Notes: generated by a model not told the origin, from the sequence alone. DNA of 64,000 nt from an uncultured Candidatus Saccharibacteria bacterium (GCA_964362175.1 CAYIDD010000001.1:64569-128568), one strand, 5' to 3'. Positions 32,543 through 43,064 are shown, numbered from the stretch's first letter. A program made the numbers and translations.

Positions 32543-33133
32543 TTATATATCGAGCACCCGCTGCACCGCGGTTGCCTGTACGTGGAACGTCGTACGTGCC
32601 GTGGAGCCGACAGTTCCGGCGCTTCCCTTAACGATGATGATGATCTTGGGCTGGCTCGAATCTCCGGGTGTTGTGCCGACCACATAGAATTTCAGATCAT
32701 CGATCGTAACCTCCGGCGCAGTAATGGATGATGCATCGAGGAGAGATCCGGTGACCGATCTCTTGAGCTCGTGCGTACTGGGATCAAACAGGTAGATCCA
32801 TGGTGGATCCGCGGGCGTACTACCGTACGGCCTAAACGCGAGGATCGTGCCGCCGTTAATGCAGTCACTGGGGTTCTCGTAGTCGCTCCCGCCACACGAG
32901 CCATCCCCTCCGGCGCCGTGATACACGCTTCCCATGCGCGCGGAACGGGCAATGCTGTCAAGCGCGATGCTGAGGTTGTTTATCACCGACTGCAGGGCCT
33001 GCGCCTTGCGGTTCGCATTCACGAGAGCGAGTAGTGTGCTGACGGAAACGAGCATCACGATCGCAAAGAGCGCAACCGCGACGATCATTTCAACGAGCGT
33101 GAATCCGGCGGTATGTGTCGTCTTACGGAGCAT
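32543..33133 (-). CDS. Minor type IV pilin
   Basis: G|FTLVEMIVA. Confidence 0.88.
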   Translation of the reverse strand: MLRKTTHTAGFTLVEMIVAVALFAIVMLVSVSTLLALVNANRKAQALQSVINNLSIALDSIARSARMGSVYHGAGGDGSCGGSDYENPSDCINGGTILAFRPYGSTPADPPWIYLFDPSTHELKRSVTGSLLDASSITAPEVTIDDLKFYVVGTTPGDSSQPKIIIIVKGSAGTVGSTARTTFHVQATAVQRVLDI

Positions 33134-33134
33134 A

Positions 33135-33779
33135 TTATTGGTTCTGCCGCCTCACCGATATTTGGCCATTCGTCTCGACGACAACGCTCATGGTGTTTCC
33201 CCGCGGGGAGATGAGTGAAATACGCGCGCTTGTTTGGCACGTTCCGCCCGGAAGGATGCACGATATCTCGGATGCGCTGATCCACGCATCGGGTTCCGGT
33301 CGAACGAAAAGTATGTCGAGCTTTTGCACGGGGGTACAGGTCGCCGCATCTGTGCCCGCGGGAGCACAGAGGCCCTGAATGCGGTACCCGCCCGTTATTT
33401 CGGTCGTCTCGACCAATTCGCAGTTATTGGTCCCCGGGTTGGGGCAATCGTACATACCGTTTGGCGTTAGCGCATCGGCAAATATCGCGTAGGCGGTTGC
33501 GCTCGCTGGATTTGTGACATCAAAGTGGACACCGTAGCCTGCTGAGAACGTGCTTTCTCCGAAACGTGCGACCGATATGCCGTAGACCTGAGCTTGTCGA
33601 ATGGAGAGTGCGATGTTGTAGGTCAGATTTTCGAGTTGTACCACCCCGCCAAAACGAGAATTACTCACGAGCGCAACCGCCGTGACGACAACAATGATGG
33701 CGGTAACCACGAGCAGCTCTATCAAAGTAAAAGCCCGAGGCCGAGCGTTGGGTCGATACCGTATAGAAGGCTGAGCCAT
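33135..33779 (-). CDS. Minor type IV pilin (FimU/GspH-like)
   Basis: A|FTLIELLVV, IRQAQ. Confidence 0.85.
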   Translation of the reverse strand: MAQPSIRYRPNARPRAFTLIELLVVTAIIVVVTAVALVSNSRFGGVVQLENLTYNIALSIRQAQVYGISVARFGESTFSAGYGVHFDVTNPASATAYAIFADALTPNGMYDCPNPGTNNCELVETTEITGGYRIQGLCAPAGTDAATCTPVQKLDILFVRPEPDAWISASEISCILPGGTCQTSARISLISPRGNTMSVVVETNGQISVRRQNQ

Positions 33780-34549
33780 AGTGTTATGCAGCTGAAAACG
33801 AGAAACGGTCCGAATGGGATCTCACTCGTCATTGTAAACCCTCCACCCGCGTTTTCCATAAAAGTTATCCCATGTGTGTGTAGCCACCGGAGGATGCGTG
33901 GTAGGGGGAGGAGGATGCACACGGAAATGAGCGCGCCGACGACGAACGCCGCGAAGATGGCGGTGATGCCAAGTGTCGGCCCGAGCAGCCAGCCGATACC
34001 GAGGGCCAATTTCGCATCTCCCAAACCCATCCAGCGCCCCCCCGAAACAAGCCAGAGAAGAAAAAGGGGCAGCGCTGCGATCGGACCGGAACACACATAC
34101 AATATGAACGACACTGATGGGTCGAGCAAAAAGAGCGGTCCCATGACAAACAGCGTCAGCGCAGAAAATGTGTACGCCCACGCGTCGGGAATGATGGTGT
34201 GCCGGAGATCATACACGGCAATTGCGATAAGAATGGCGCCGATGATGCAGAAGAGCGCCTTGTAGAGAATGTCGAACGACGGCGCTCCTCCGATGAGCGC
34301 GAAGAGGACCGCGGTCATTGCTTCGACCAGTGGATACTGGATCGAGATACGCGCAAAGCAGCGACGGCACTTTCCGGAAAGCATTATCCACGACACTACG
34401 GGGATCATGTCGGTCCATGTGAGCTGCCTCCCGCATGTCATGCACGCGCTTCTGCCACCAAGTGACCGAACGCCATGACGAATGATCAGCACATTGAGAA
34501 AACTTCCGACGATGAGACCGAAAAGACCGAACAGAAGTGCCGTGAGCAT
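33722..34549 (-). CDS. pilD: Prepilin peptidase
   Basis: GSFLNV, RS.C..C, GKCRRC, YD, MGLGD.K, IPFGPFL. Confidence 0.95.
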   Translation of the reverse strand: MLTALLFGLFGLIVGSFLNVLIIRHGVRSLGGRSACMTCGRQLTWTDMIPVVSWIMLSGKCRRCFARISIQYPLVEAMTAVLFALIGGAPSFDILYKALFCIIGAILIAIAVYDLRHTIIPDAWAYTFSALTLFVMGPLFLLDPSVSFILYVCSGPIAALPLFLLWLVSGGRWMGLGDAKLALGIGWLLGPTLGITAIFAAFVVGALISVCILLPLPRILRWLHTHGITFMENAGGGFTMTSEIPFGPFLVFSCITLWLSLLYGIDPTLGLGLLL

Positions 34550-34558
34550 TGGTAGGAG

Positions 34559-34601
34559 TATACCCCTTATCACTTTTCAGAGAAAAGTGATAAGGGGTAT
34601 A
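34559..34601. repeat. Perfect 20-bp-arm palindrome overlapping the pilD -10 box
   Basis: tataccccttatcacttttc-aga-gaaaagtgataaggggtata. Confidence 0.85.
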
Positions 34602-34608
34602 GCGCATG

Positions 34609-34644
34609 ACAAAACGCCCCTCGACAATGCTCGGGGCGTTTTGT
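34609..34644 (-). terminator. Intrinsic terminator after the major pilin
   Basis: acaaaacgcccc...ggggcgttttgt. Confidence 0.75.
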
Positions 34645-34664
34645 AGTTTAAACCTAGAGAACGA

Positions 34665-35174
34665 CTACGGCTTCACGTCGAAGCAGGCAACCCCGGCGTC
34701 GCCCGTGGCACACTTGGCGCCATCGTCACCACTGAAATCAGGGTTTCCACCGGTACACACGGAGGTGCCGGTCGGCGTAGTGAGGATGTCCGCATCACTA
34801 TTCAGAGAGGCGTGGCCGGTCGTCTCAAGAGAGGTCCCAAGGTGGTAGCCGGAACAAATATCGGCGCTGGTCGATGCAGCCCAAGGCGAATACGGGTAGT
34901 CAACAGTATTGGTAGGATCTTTCGGCACCGTCGAGATATAACCATTGGAAACCACCGTTGTGGTGGACACCACTAGAGGGTACTCACCGAAGGCATCGTA
35001 GTAGAGCTCAAGCGCAAGCTGCAGCTGCTTTACGTCGGCGATACGGCGCGCATCGCGGCCCTTTTTACGGGCGCTGTTAAGGGAGGCCAATACCACGGAA
35101 GAAAGGATGCCGATGATCGCGATCACCACCAGAAGTTCGATCAGCGTAAAACCCCGCTTATAAGATTTTGCCAT
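34665..35174 (-). CDS. Major type IV pilin / GspG-like protein
   Basis: RG|FTLIELLVVIAIIGIL, ARDA-like RDARR.AD, P.DP; has its own terminator. Confidence 0.9.
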   Translation of the reverse strand: MAKSYKRGFTLIELLVVIAIIGILSSVVLASLNSARKKGRDARRIADVKQLQLALELYYDAFGEYPLVVSTTTVVSNGYISTVPKDPTNTVDYPYSPWAASTSADICSGYHLGTSLETTGHASLNSDADILTTPTGTSVCTGGNPDFSGDDGAKCATGDAGVACFDVKP

Positions 35175-35294
35175 AGAGATTCTAAAAATTAGCCGTTAAG
35201 GCGACTCAATAATGTGGATTCATTGTATACCCCCTTTCGGGGGTGGAAATTTTGCGTGTGGATAACCCATTTTCCGAGCGTCGCGAGGAACATA

Positions 35295-35349
35295 CCCCGT
35301 TAAATGCGGCTCCGTCGAGCCGCCCCGTCTCCGGCGGGATTTAACGGGG
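35295..35349. repeat. Palindromic element (CCCCGTTA...TAACGGGG family)
   Basis: ccccgttaaat 35295-35305 pairs with atttaacgggg 35339-35349. Confidence 0.8.
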
Positions 35350-35383
35350 CTAGAAAAATACAGTCCCTCCGGTCCTTATTTTT

Positions 35384-36592
35384 CTAGAAACTGGAGGCGA
35401 TGTTGTAGATGGGTAGGAGCACGGAGGCAAGGAGTATTGCGACCCCTACGGCAAGTACGACGATCATGAGCGGTTCAATGAGCCCAACGAGGGTATCGAC
35501 GGCATTATTGACCTCTCGCCTGTAGAATCGGGCCATCGTTTCGAGGATCTTCCCCATATTACCCGTCTCCTCGCCGATCTTGACCATAGCAACAACGATG
35601 CCGGGAATTTCCGGATGCTTGCGGAACGCCTCCGAAAGCGGTAACCCCCCCTTTACATCGACCGCAACACTCGCCAAGATCTTTTCGTACACGGCATCCC
35701 CCACCACAGAGCCGGTGATCTCGAGGCCGCGAAGCACCTGAATACCGCTCCGAAGCATGGTCGAGAGATTGTCTGAGAGGCGGGAAAGGAATATCTTCTG
35801 ATAGATATTGCCGATGGCGGGGGCTTCAAGACGGGCACGGGAGAGCACCTCCCTTCCCCGTGCCGTGAGCGAAAACCGGTAGAGGAAAACCGCGCCTACG
35901 ACAAGCAAAATAACAATGAGGAGAAGATAATTTGTGACGAATTGCGAGATACCGATCACGGCCCGCGTGTAAATGGGCACGCTCTGCCCGACCTCGGCGA
36001 GCATGTTCGCGAGGTTCGGAATAACGAGCGTCATCATGAGGACCATGACGACCAGGAACGTGAGCATGATGAATGCGGGATACACCAGCGCATTCCGGGC
36101 CTTTTGCGTAAGCTCATAGTTTCTGTCCAGATAATCGGCGAGGAACGCGAACGTCTCGTCCAGCTTCCCCGATTCTTCACCCGCCCGCACCATGTTCACG
36201 TAAAATGCCGAGAACACCTCTGGATGCCTCCCGAGCGAAGCGGCTATCGAGCTGCCGCTTTGCAGATCATTCGCGACCGCGGTCAACTTTTCCCCGAGTG
36301 CGGGAGTACGCGCCTCTGCCGCGAGCAATCGGAACGCGCGCAGCGCGGAGACCTGTGCCTCGAACAGCGTCGTGATCTGACGACTGAGCATGACGATATC
36401 AGCATTCGTGACACGATCAAAGAGCGAGAATCGCGTTGAGAGCAGGGATTTATTTTCGACGGGATCAATGCCCGAGATCACCAGACCCCTCCTCTGGATA
36501 GCCGCGATCGCGACATCCATGTTGACCGCATCGATCGTACCGTGCCGTTCATTTCCCTGGGCATCGAGCGCGGTGTAGGTGAACAGCGCCAT
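35384..36592 (-). CDS. pilC: Type IV pilus platform protein PilC (GspF family)
   Basis: GEESGKL, YPA, GEETG, LIEP. Confidence 0.95.
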   Translation of the reverse strand: MALFTYTALDAQGNERHGTIDAVNMDVAIAAIQRRGLVISGIDPVENKSLLSTRFSLFDRVTNADIVMLSRQITTLFEAQVSALRAFRLLAAEARTPALGEKLTAVANDLQSGSSIAASLGRHPEVFSAFYVNMVRAGEESGKLDETFAFLADYLDRNYELTQKARNALVYPAFIMLTFLVVMVLMMTLVIPNLANMLAEVGQSVPIYTRAVIGISQFVTNYLLLIVILLVVGAVFLYRFSLTARGREVLSRARLEAPAIGNIYQKIFLSRLSDNLSTMLRSGIQVLRGLEITGSVVGDAVYEKILASVAVDVKGGLPLSEAFRKHPEIPGIVVAMVKIGEETGNMGKILETMARFYRREVNNAVDTLVGLIEPLMIVVLAVGVAILLASVLLPIYNIASSF

Positions 36593-36595
36593 ACG

Positions 36596-37660
36596 TTAAA
36601 GGAGTTTTTGCAGGATATTCGGGTTCAAAGAATACTCATACGCACTTTCGGGGGTGATCTCGCCGCGGGCTACCAACTCTGCAAGAGACCGGTTCATATC
36701 GATCATACCCTCGGTCGAACTCGTCTCGATCACCGTATTGATCTCGTGCGTGCGCTTCTCCCGAATGAGATTCGCGACCGCTTTGTTGTTTATCAGGAGC
36801 TCGTACGCAGGAATGAGGCCTCCGGAAATACGCGGGATGAGACGCTGGGAGAATATACCCGCAAGAGAAGCGGCGAGTTGAAGCCGTATCTGATCTTGCT
36901 GACTGGCCGCGAATGTATCAATGATGCGATCGATGGTCTGGGCGGCGTTATTGGTGTGGAGCGTTGAGAGCACGAGGTGACCCGTCTCCGCAGCAGTGAC
37001 CGCGGCGGCCATGGTCTCGGGGCCGCGCATTTCCCCTACCAATATGACATCCACATCTTCGCGGAACGCCGAGAGAAGCGCGGACGCAAAATCTTTCGTG
37101 TCTATACCCACTTCGCGTTGCTCGATCAGAGACTGTTTTGGTTCAAAAATATGTTCTATCGGGTCTTCAATGGTGATGATGTGCTCCATGCGCTCCGTAT
37201 TGATAACCTCGATCATGGAGGCGAGTGTCGTTGTCTTCCCCTGCCCCACGGGACCGACGACCAGAAAGAACCCCTGTGATTTCCGTGCGAATGAAAGGAT
37301 CGTATCCGGAAGGTTGAGTTCTTGTATCGTTCGGATCTTTTTGGGAATAAGCCGCAGTGCGATACCTACCGCTCCCCGTTGGAAGAACGCGTTGCCGCGA
37401 AAACGCAGATTATCGGCGCTCTCGTACGCGAAATCTATCTCCTGCTTCTCCAAAAACCGCTTCTCCTGATCCGCCGAGATCATCGCCTTCAAGAACCCCC
37501 GCGTATCCTCCGACGTGAGAATGTCCTCCTTGAGCATCGGCGTCAGTGATCCGGAGACACGTATCGTGGGGTGAGCGCCCGTCGAGAAATGCAGGTCCGA
37601 CCCGCCTTCGTGTGCCAGCACATTGATATATTTTTTGAACAGTGCTTGATAGTCATTCAT
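36596..37660 (-). CDS. pilT: Pilus retraction ATPase PilT/PilU
   Basis: SDLH, GPVGQGKTT, EDPIE, GEMR, AETGH, AVANLIRE. Confidence 0.92.
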   Translation of the reverse strand: MNDYQALFKKYINVLAHEGGSDLHFSTGAHPTIRVSGSLTPMLKEDILTSEDTRGFLKAMISADQEKRFLEKQEIDFAYESADNLRFRGNAFFQRGAVGIALRLIPKKIRTIQELNLPDTILSFARKSQGFFLVVGPVGQGKTTTLASMIEVINTERMEHIITIEDPIEHIFEPKQSLIEQREVGIDTKDFASALLSAFREDVDVILVGEMRGPETMAAAVTAAETGHLVLSTLHTNNAAQTIDRIIDTFAASQQDQIRLQLAASLAGIFSQRLIPRISGGLIPAYELLINNKAVANLIREKRTHEINTVIETSSTEGMIDMNRSLAELVARGEITPESAYEYSLNPNILQKLL

Positions 37661-37678
37661 AGTGAAATGATACCAGTG

Positions 37679-38077
37679 CTACGGGCGCTTTTTTTTCAAT
37701 TCCTCCTCGACCGTGTTGACAACTTCAGATGGGATCATGCTTGCCTTGACGATGTAGCGATCCGCGCCCGACTCGACCGCTTTTGCTTTTTCCGTATTCT
37801 CGCTCTGGTTCGTGAGAGCGATCCTGAGCGCTTTGGGCGCCAATTTCTCTTGGGACAAGATGTCGAGAAATGCGAAACCGTCGAGTTCGGGCATGGTGAG
37901 ATCGAGAAGGATGGTATCGGGCTTAAAACCCGCGCGCAGTACGTCAAGCGCCTCCTTCCCCGATACACACGCCTCAACAGCGTAGCCCGCTGCCGAAAAC
38001 TTCATGCTATACATGTCCAAAAGGAATTTATCATCGTCCACTAGGAGGATCTTCCCCTTTTCGGTTACGTTGTTCAT
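37679..38077 (-). CDS. Single-domain response regulator receiver
   Basis: ILLVDDD, LLD..MP..DG, LTN, K. Confidence 0.9.
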   Translation of the reverse strand: MNNVTEKGKILLVDDDKFLLDMYSMKFSAAGYAVEACVSGKEALDVLRAGFKPDTILLDLTMPELDGFAFLDILSQEKLAPKALRIALTNQSENTEKAKAVESGADRYIVKASMIPSEVVNTVEEELKKKRP

Positions 38078-38084
38078 ATATGTT

Positions 38085-39809
38085 TCATTCTTTTTCCGGC
38101 TCGGCCGACACTTTCGCATCAGGCTTTGTGTCCGTATCCGCCGTTTCGGTGTCTCCCGCCGACAAAATCGTACTCAATGTATTGACTTCCGAGAACGGAA
38201 CGTGTTTGTCGAACGCTTTCATCATAGCATCCTCCTGCATGGTGAGCATGCCCTGCGCGCGCGCCGCCGCCCAGATACGAGAGTCGACAGGGTTATCAAG
38301 GACGATCCTCTCGATCTCCGAGGACATCCCTAACACTTCGAATACGGCCATACGACCACGCAAACCCGTCGGACATGTCGGGGTACGCACCGCCTCATAT
38401 ACGTGGTCGGGAATTTTGAACCGATACTTCTCAGGCAAAGAGGATAGTTGCGCTTCGATACGCTTGCGCTCCGACGGACCGATCGGCGTCTCCTTTGCGC
38501 CATCGGGACAAAACGTACGCACCAAACGCTGCGCGATAGAAAGTATAAGTACCGGCGGGATAAGGTACGGCTCGACACCCATGTCGATAAGACGCGGTAC
38601 CACTCCGACGGCATCATTGGTGTGGATGGTCGAAAGCACGAGGTGACCCGTGAGCGCCGCTTGGATCGCGAGCTTGGCGGTCTCGCCATCGCGGATCTCA
38701 CCCACCATGATGACGTCCGGGTCCTGTCGGAGTGTAGTGCGCAAGCCTGTTGCAAAGGTGTACCCGATCTCCGGATGCACTTGGGATTGGATAACGCCGT
38801 CAACGTAATATTCGATCGGGTCCTCAAGGGAGAGGACGTTCTTATGCTCGCGGTCCACTTCGGTGAGCATCGAATAGAGCGTGGTCGATTTTCCCGATCC
38901 CGTCGGTCCCGATATGAGGACGAGTCCGTGCGGCTGCTTGACCGCATTCCTGACGAGCTCAAGGTTTCGCTCCGAAAGCCCGATCTGATCCAGCGGAATG
39001 AACCCCTGATCACGGTCGAGAATACGAATAACCACCTTCTCCCCGTTGTACGAGGGGAACGTCGAAACACGGAAGTCGATCTGCCGTTTATCGATCGAGG
39101 CTGAGAAGCGGCCATCCTGCGGTTTCCGCATCTCGTCAAGACGAATGCTTGCAAGAACTTTCACGCGAGCAACGATCGCGCGGTGAGTGGATGCGGGAAG
39201 GACAACGCTGGTATGCAGTTCGCCGTCGACGCGGTAGCGCACACGCACGCCGGTAGGCTGCGGTTCGATGTGCACGTCAGAGGCCTTCCCGTCAACGGCA
39301 TACCTGAGGATCGTTGAGACGATCTTTATGGTCGGCGCGTCCTCTTGGATCTTTGCCATTCCTTCTCCCGGCCCCCTGCCGATCGAGGGATCATCGAGAT
39401 CGAGTGGCACCGCCTCGCCGCTCTCGCGGACCTTTCCTTTGTCTTTCGCGGTCTCGGTCTGAAGATCCGTGACGGCGCGTTCAACCTCGCTACCCAATCC
39501 CCGATACATGGAGAGCACGTGATCAAAATCCTCCTGCGAGATCTGGAATATCTTGTACGGCATTCCCGAAGTGCGTGTGATGAAGTTCAGGGCGTCGATC
39601 CCCTGTATATCATCGGGATCCAGCATGCCGATCTCGAGGACACCCTCTTCCACGCCGATCGGTACGAGACGATAATGGATTGCGGATTCTTCGGGAACAT
39701 GTCTCAGCACGTCGAACGCCACCTTCGTGTCCCCCAGGGAACGCTGCGAAACCGCCGTTGCGTTCGCGGGAGCGCTCGCTGCAGCCGTTATGGTTCCCTC
39801 TGCTGGCAT
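38085..39809 (-). CDS. pilB: Pilus assembly ATPase PilB (GspE/PulE)
   Basis: ASDVHIEP, PQDGR, GPTGSGKST, LRQDPD, GEIRD. Confidence 0.95.
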   Translation of the reverse strand: MPAEGTITAAASAPANATAVSQRSLGDTKVAFDVLRHVPEESAIHYRLVPIGVEEGVLEIGMLDPDDIQGIDALNFITRTSGMPYKIFQISQEDFDHVLSMYRGLGSEVERAVTDLQTETAKDKGKVRESGEAVPLDLDDPSIGRGPGEGMAKIQEDAPTIKIVSTILRYAVDGKASDVHIEPQPTGVRVRYRVDGELHTSVVLPASTHRAIVARVKVLASIRLDEMRKPQDGRFSASIDKRQIDFRVSTFPSYNGEKVVIRILDRDQGFIPLDQIGLSERNLELVRNAVKQPHGLVLISGPTGSGKSTTLYSMLTEVDREHKNVLSLEDPIEYYVDGVIQSQVHPEIGYTFATGLRTTLRQDPDVIMVGEIRDGETAKLAIQAALTGHLVLSTIHTNDAVGVVPRLIDMGVEPYLIPPVLILSIAQRLVRTFCPDGAKETPIGPSERKRIEAQLSSLPEKYRFKIPDHVYEAVRTPTCPTGLRGRMAVFEVLGMSSEIERIVLDNPVDSRIWAAARAQGMLTMQEDAMMKAFDKHVPFSEVNTLSTILSAGDTETADTDTKPDAKVSAEPEKE

Positions 39810-39818
39810 ACCATTCGC

Positions 39819-40181
39819 TTAGCGGCGCGGCGTAAATATCTGCGCATTTTTGGTGGTGCTTGCGGATGGAGCGGCTTGTAATGAGAGCGGCGCGAACGGG
39901 TTTTCGCGACCGATCGGTTCGGGAATAATTTCGGTCGAGAAATCTTTTAGGCTCATAAATGCCCGATCGCCGAATATGGTTCCGTCGAGCTTGACCGCGC
40001 GGAGCGTAAGGAGCGTTGCAACGATCCCCTGCTCTGCGGGACCCGATGCCCCCGCTATGGGTGTCGTGACGAGGCCGGGAGATGGCGGCGATGATGACAG
40101 CGATCCGTACCAGACACCGACCGCGATAAGGACGGCGACACCGATGAGTATGAGCTTATGTCGTCCGAGTGTTTGAATCAT
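39819..40181 (-). CDS. Small membrane-anchored pilus-locus protein (PilP position)
   Basis: TM segment plus GRENPFAP motif; between pilO and pilB. Confidence 0.65.
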   Translation of the reverse strand: MIQTLGRHKLILIGVAVLIAVGVWYGSLSSSPPSPGLVTTPIAGASGPAEQGIVATLLTLRAVKLDGTIFGDRAFMSLKDFSTEIIPEPIGRENPFAPLSLQAAPSASTTKNAQIFTPRR

Positions 40182-40183
40182 AA

Positions 40184-40789
40184 TTATTTGAGCCAATAGG
40201 TCCGGAGTACGATCTTGAAACCGTAGAACGGTTCCGAAGCGGTCCGGGCACTTCCGGAAGAAACACCGGGGATATCCGCCGGAGAGGTGGGGTCTATCGA
40301 GAGCGAGACAAGATCGACGATGCGCAAACTCGATTCGAGGTCATCCAAAAACTTCTGGAACGTGCTGTACGTGGCGCGCGTCGCAAACGTCAGAGTGAGT
40401 GAATCATATTTCTGGCTGGACGCTCCTATCGCACCGACGGCGGTCTGGCTCTTTGTCGTTTCCGCGCCGGAATTCGACACATCAACATTTTGGAGAGAGA
40501 GTCCATAGCGGCTTGCGAGATTATCGAGGTCGAGAATGAGTCGGACGTTGTCTACATGATCCGGCAATAATTTATGGAGCCGCTCAAGATCGGTCGGATT
40601 AAACGCGTTGTAGCGTGAGAGCAGTGTTTGTTTGAGCTTTTGCAATTCAGCGGCTTTGTCGAGAGCTGCGTCGTACTGGGCGATCTGGACCTTCTTTGTT
40701 TGCACGCCATCATAAGCGGGCTTCGTGTACAGGAAGAAGATCCCGCCCGCGAGTGCGCATCCGACAATAGCTATGATGAGGCGCGTCAT
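40184..40789 (-). CDS. pilO: PilO-like protein
   Basis: TM, coiled coil, ..Y..F..FL..LE.S.RI.D. Confidence 0.8.
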   Translation of the reverse strand: MTRLIIAIVGCALAGGIFFLYTKPAYDGVQTKKVQIAQYDAALDKAAELQKLKQTLLSRYNAFNPTDLERLHKLLPDHVDNVRLILDLDNLASRYGLSLQNVDVSNSGAETTKSQTAVGAIGASSQKYDSLTLTFATRATYSTFQKFLDDLESSLRIVDLVSLSIDPTSPADIPGVSSGSARTASEPFYGFKIVLRTYWLK

Positions 40790-40790
40790 A

Positions 40791-41501
40791 TTAATTTTGA
40801 GAAGGCGCGACCTCGGGAGCGGCGCCCGCCCCCCCGAACGGGGAGGTCTCAGATGTTTGTTGTGCCGCCGCCCCCTCCGGTCCGAGAACGGGATTTTGCG
40901 GAGCGGCGCCCGTGCCGGCGACGCGCCCGACATAGCCTATCGCAACTGGGTTTACCGCCGCCGACAGGTTGAAGTGAACGCCATCTGCCTGACGCGCGAT
41001 ATTCGAGAATATCGGACTCGTGATGACGCCATTCTTGCTGAAGATATCCGCCTGGAGCGCGATCGAGTTCACGCTCTGCGCAACGCCCGCCATCGTGATC
41101 GTCATATGCTGCGCATCCGGCGCTTGAAGATCGAGCGATCGGAACGAAATGGTCGCAAGCGTCGCTTGCTGGAGCGCGAGAAAGAACAGGGTCGGTGCCA
41201 CGTGCGCTCCGAGGATACGGTCGGCGGCATGCATCCGGTCGTCAAGCCGCGTTAACTCATGAATGAGGGCGGGTTCGAACGCGGCCTTCGCGCGCTCAAG
41301 CTGCGCGAGCTTCGACGCACTTTCCGTTTGAAGATATTGCTCATACAAAAATACGCCAGCACCGAGCGCCGCAGACGCGACGAAGAGCACGATCGCGCAC
41401 AGCAAGAGCAGGTCGTTCAGCCCGCCGCCGCCTCGCCTCGCTGCGGGAGCAACGCCTGTATCGTGAGGTATGAACGATGTTGGTATTCCTGTTTCTGCCA
41501 T
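40791..41501 (-). CDS. PilN-like protein
   Basis: TM segment plus coiled coil; between pilM and pilO. Confidence 0.7.
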   Translation of the reverse strand: MAETGIPTSFIPHDTGVAPAARRGGGGLNDLLLLCAIVLFVASAALGAGVFLYEQYLQTESASKLAQLERAKAAFEPALIHELTRLDDRMHAADRILGAHVAPTLFFLALQQATLATISFRSLDLQAPDAQHMTITMAGVAQSVNSIALQADIFSKNGVITSPIFSNIARQADGVHFNLSAAVNPVAIGYVGRVAGTGAAPQNPVLGPEGAAAQQTSETSPFGGAGAAPEVAPSQN

Positions 41502-41511
41502 ATTGATAGTA

Positions 41512-42660
41512 TCAACCGCTCTTGAGTTTGCGCAGCGCGACACCTACCGCAACTGCAAACCCCGGACCGATATCGCGCAGTACCTGCTCCAGAAACGCGG
41601 GGGCCTCAGTATGCGCAAACGGATTCGCAATTTCGACTTCCACAGAAAGCGAACTGCGCGCCTCATCTTTCAAGCCGGGAAGCGATGCGCCGCCGCCTGC
41701 TAGACAGACGCGCGATACGTTCTTATTGTATCGCTGCCCGTAACTCAATAGTACCCGATTCACTTCGGAAAACACACGCGTAAGTGTTGATAACAACGAC
41801 GACTTTATCTTATCGTTCTCGTCGGGGCTGTACGCATTCGAGTCTATGAGACCGCGCTCGCGCTTTATGCGTTCTGCTTTCTCAAATTCCCAATTCATTG
41901 AGCGCGCGAGGTTTTCTGTCATGTGCTGACCTCCCATTGAAATAAGGTGGGAGAGGCGCACGATCCCGCGTTCGACGATGTAGATCTTGCTTGTCGAGGC
42001 GCCGAGATCGACCACGAGGACGGGCGCGATCCCATGTCCGATCGATGACCGCACTGCACTAAAGATCTCGATCTCGTAAAAATTGATCTTGAGCGCAGCA
42101 TTTGTGGCGACAGCCTGATAGTTCCGAAGAACATCGTTATGAATGGCAACAAGGAGCACTTCCCGTCCTTTGGACTGCATCACGGTCTTTTCCTCGACAC
42201 GATCGAATGCGCTTTGCTCGCCCTCCTCTTTTGGAATAACGAACCAATCCAAAGTCACTTCACTGATAGGAATAGGAATATATTTGCGCGCTTCAATGGG
42301 TATCATTCGTTTCAATTGCTCGGTCTCGACATTGGGCAGATCCAGTACCGATACAAGACTTGAGGAGAACGGGACGGAAAGTCCGCCAGTGCGCGCGGTG
42401 ACATTTGCCTCCCGCATGACATCCACCAGCGCTTCCGCGATCTTCTCTGGGGGTATTTTTACCGCTTTTCCGATCGCCTGCTGTCCGTAGGGACCGAGCG
42501 CTATCTCGCCATAGGTCTCGAGAATGGCCGCACCGCGGGAGGTCCGCAGCTGCACGATCTTTGCGCTCGAAGAGCCGATATCGATACCCAAAACACTTCC
42601 TTCCGCGGTCTTTCCGAGCGAAGTTACATTCTTCAGAATGTCGCTGAGCGAGAACGCCAT
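41512..42660 (-). CDS. pilM: Type IV pilus assembly protein PilM
   Basis: LGIDIGSSSAK, EARKYIP, VDLGAST, AGGG, A.GVALR. Confidence 0.93.
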   Translation of the reverse strand: MAFSLSDILKNVTSLGKTAEGSVLGIDIGSSSAKIVQLRTSRGAAILETYGEIALGPYGQQAIGKAVKIPPEKIAEALVDVMREANVTARTGGLSVPFSSSLVSVLDLPNVETEQLKRMIPIEARKYIPIPISEVTLDWFVIPKEEGEQSAFDRVEEKTVMQSKGREVLLVAIHNDVLRNYQAVATNAALKINFYEIEIFSAVRSSIGHGIAPVLVVDLGASTSKIYIVERGIVRLSHLISMGGQHMTENLARSMNWEFEKAERIKRERGLIDSNAYSPDENDKIKSSLLSTLTRVFSEVNRVLLSYGQRYNKNVSRVCLAGGGASLPGLKDEARSSLSVEVEIANPFAHTEAPAFLEQVLRDIGPGFAVAVGVALRKLKSG

Positions 42661-42672
42661 TTGAGGATTATA

Positions 42673-42999
42673 TCACGCGATTGCGTCGATCTTGGCCGCG
42701 AGAATGAAGTCATTTTCCGAAAGCCCGCCGATCGCGTGTGTCGTAAGCTCCACCGCCGTCTTCCCCCACCCGATAGCGAGGTCTGGATGGTGCCCCTCGG
42801 CTTCCGCGATGGGGGCGATCTTGTTTGCAAACACCATCGCCTCTGCAAAATCCTTGAATTTGAACTGTTTTGATATCTTTTTCTTGTCAGACGACAGCGA
42901 CCACCCTGTAACATGCGTGAGCATGGCGGTCGCCTCCATGGGGGTCATGGGCCGTACCCCGCCCTCGCATGCAACACAGCGTTTTTGGGCTAAATCCAT
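42673..42999 (-). CDS. Pterin-4a-carbinolamine dehydratase
   Basis: C.AC.G, AE.EGHHPD, THAIGGLSENDFILAAKID. Confidence 0.93.
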   Translation of the reverse strand: MDLAQKRCVACEGGVRPMTPMEATAMLTHVTGWSLSSDKKKISKQFKFKDFAEAMVFANKIAPIAEAEGHHPDLAIGWGKTAVELTTHAIGGLSENDFILAAKIDAIA

Positions 43000-43064
43000 A
43001 CCGCTACTGTACCACGCTCCCCAAATCCTCGACTATTTCAGGTGGTATGCGTACAATCGGCCCG

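Noticed and set aside
35200-35380. Possible replication origin
   Set aside because: Only one perfect DnaA box, with no box cluster, DUE or dnaA/dnaN nearby.
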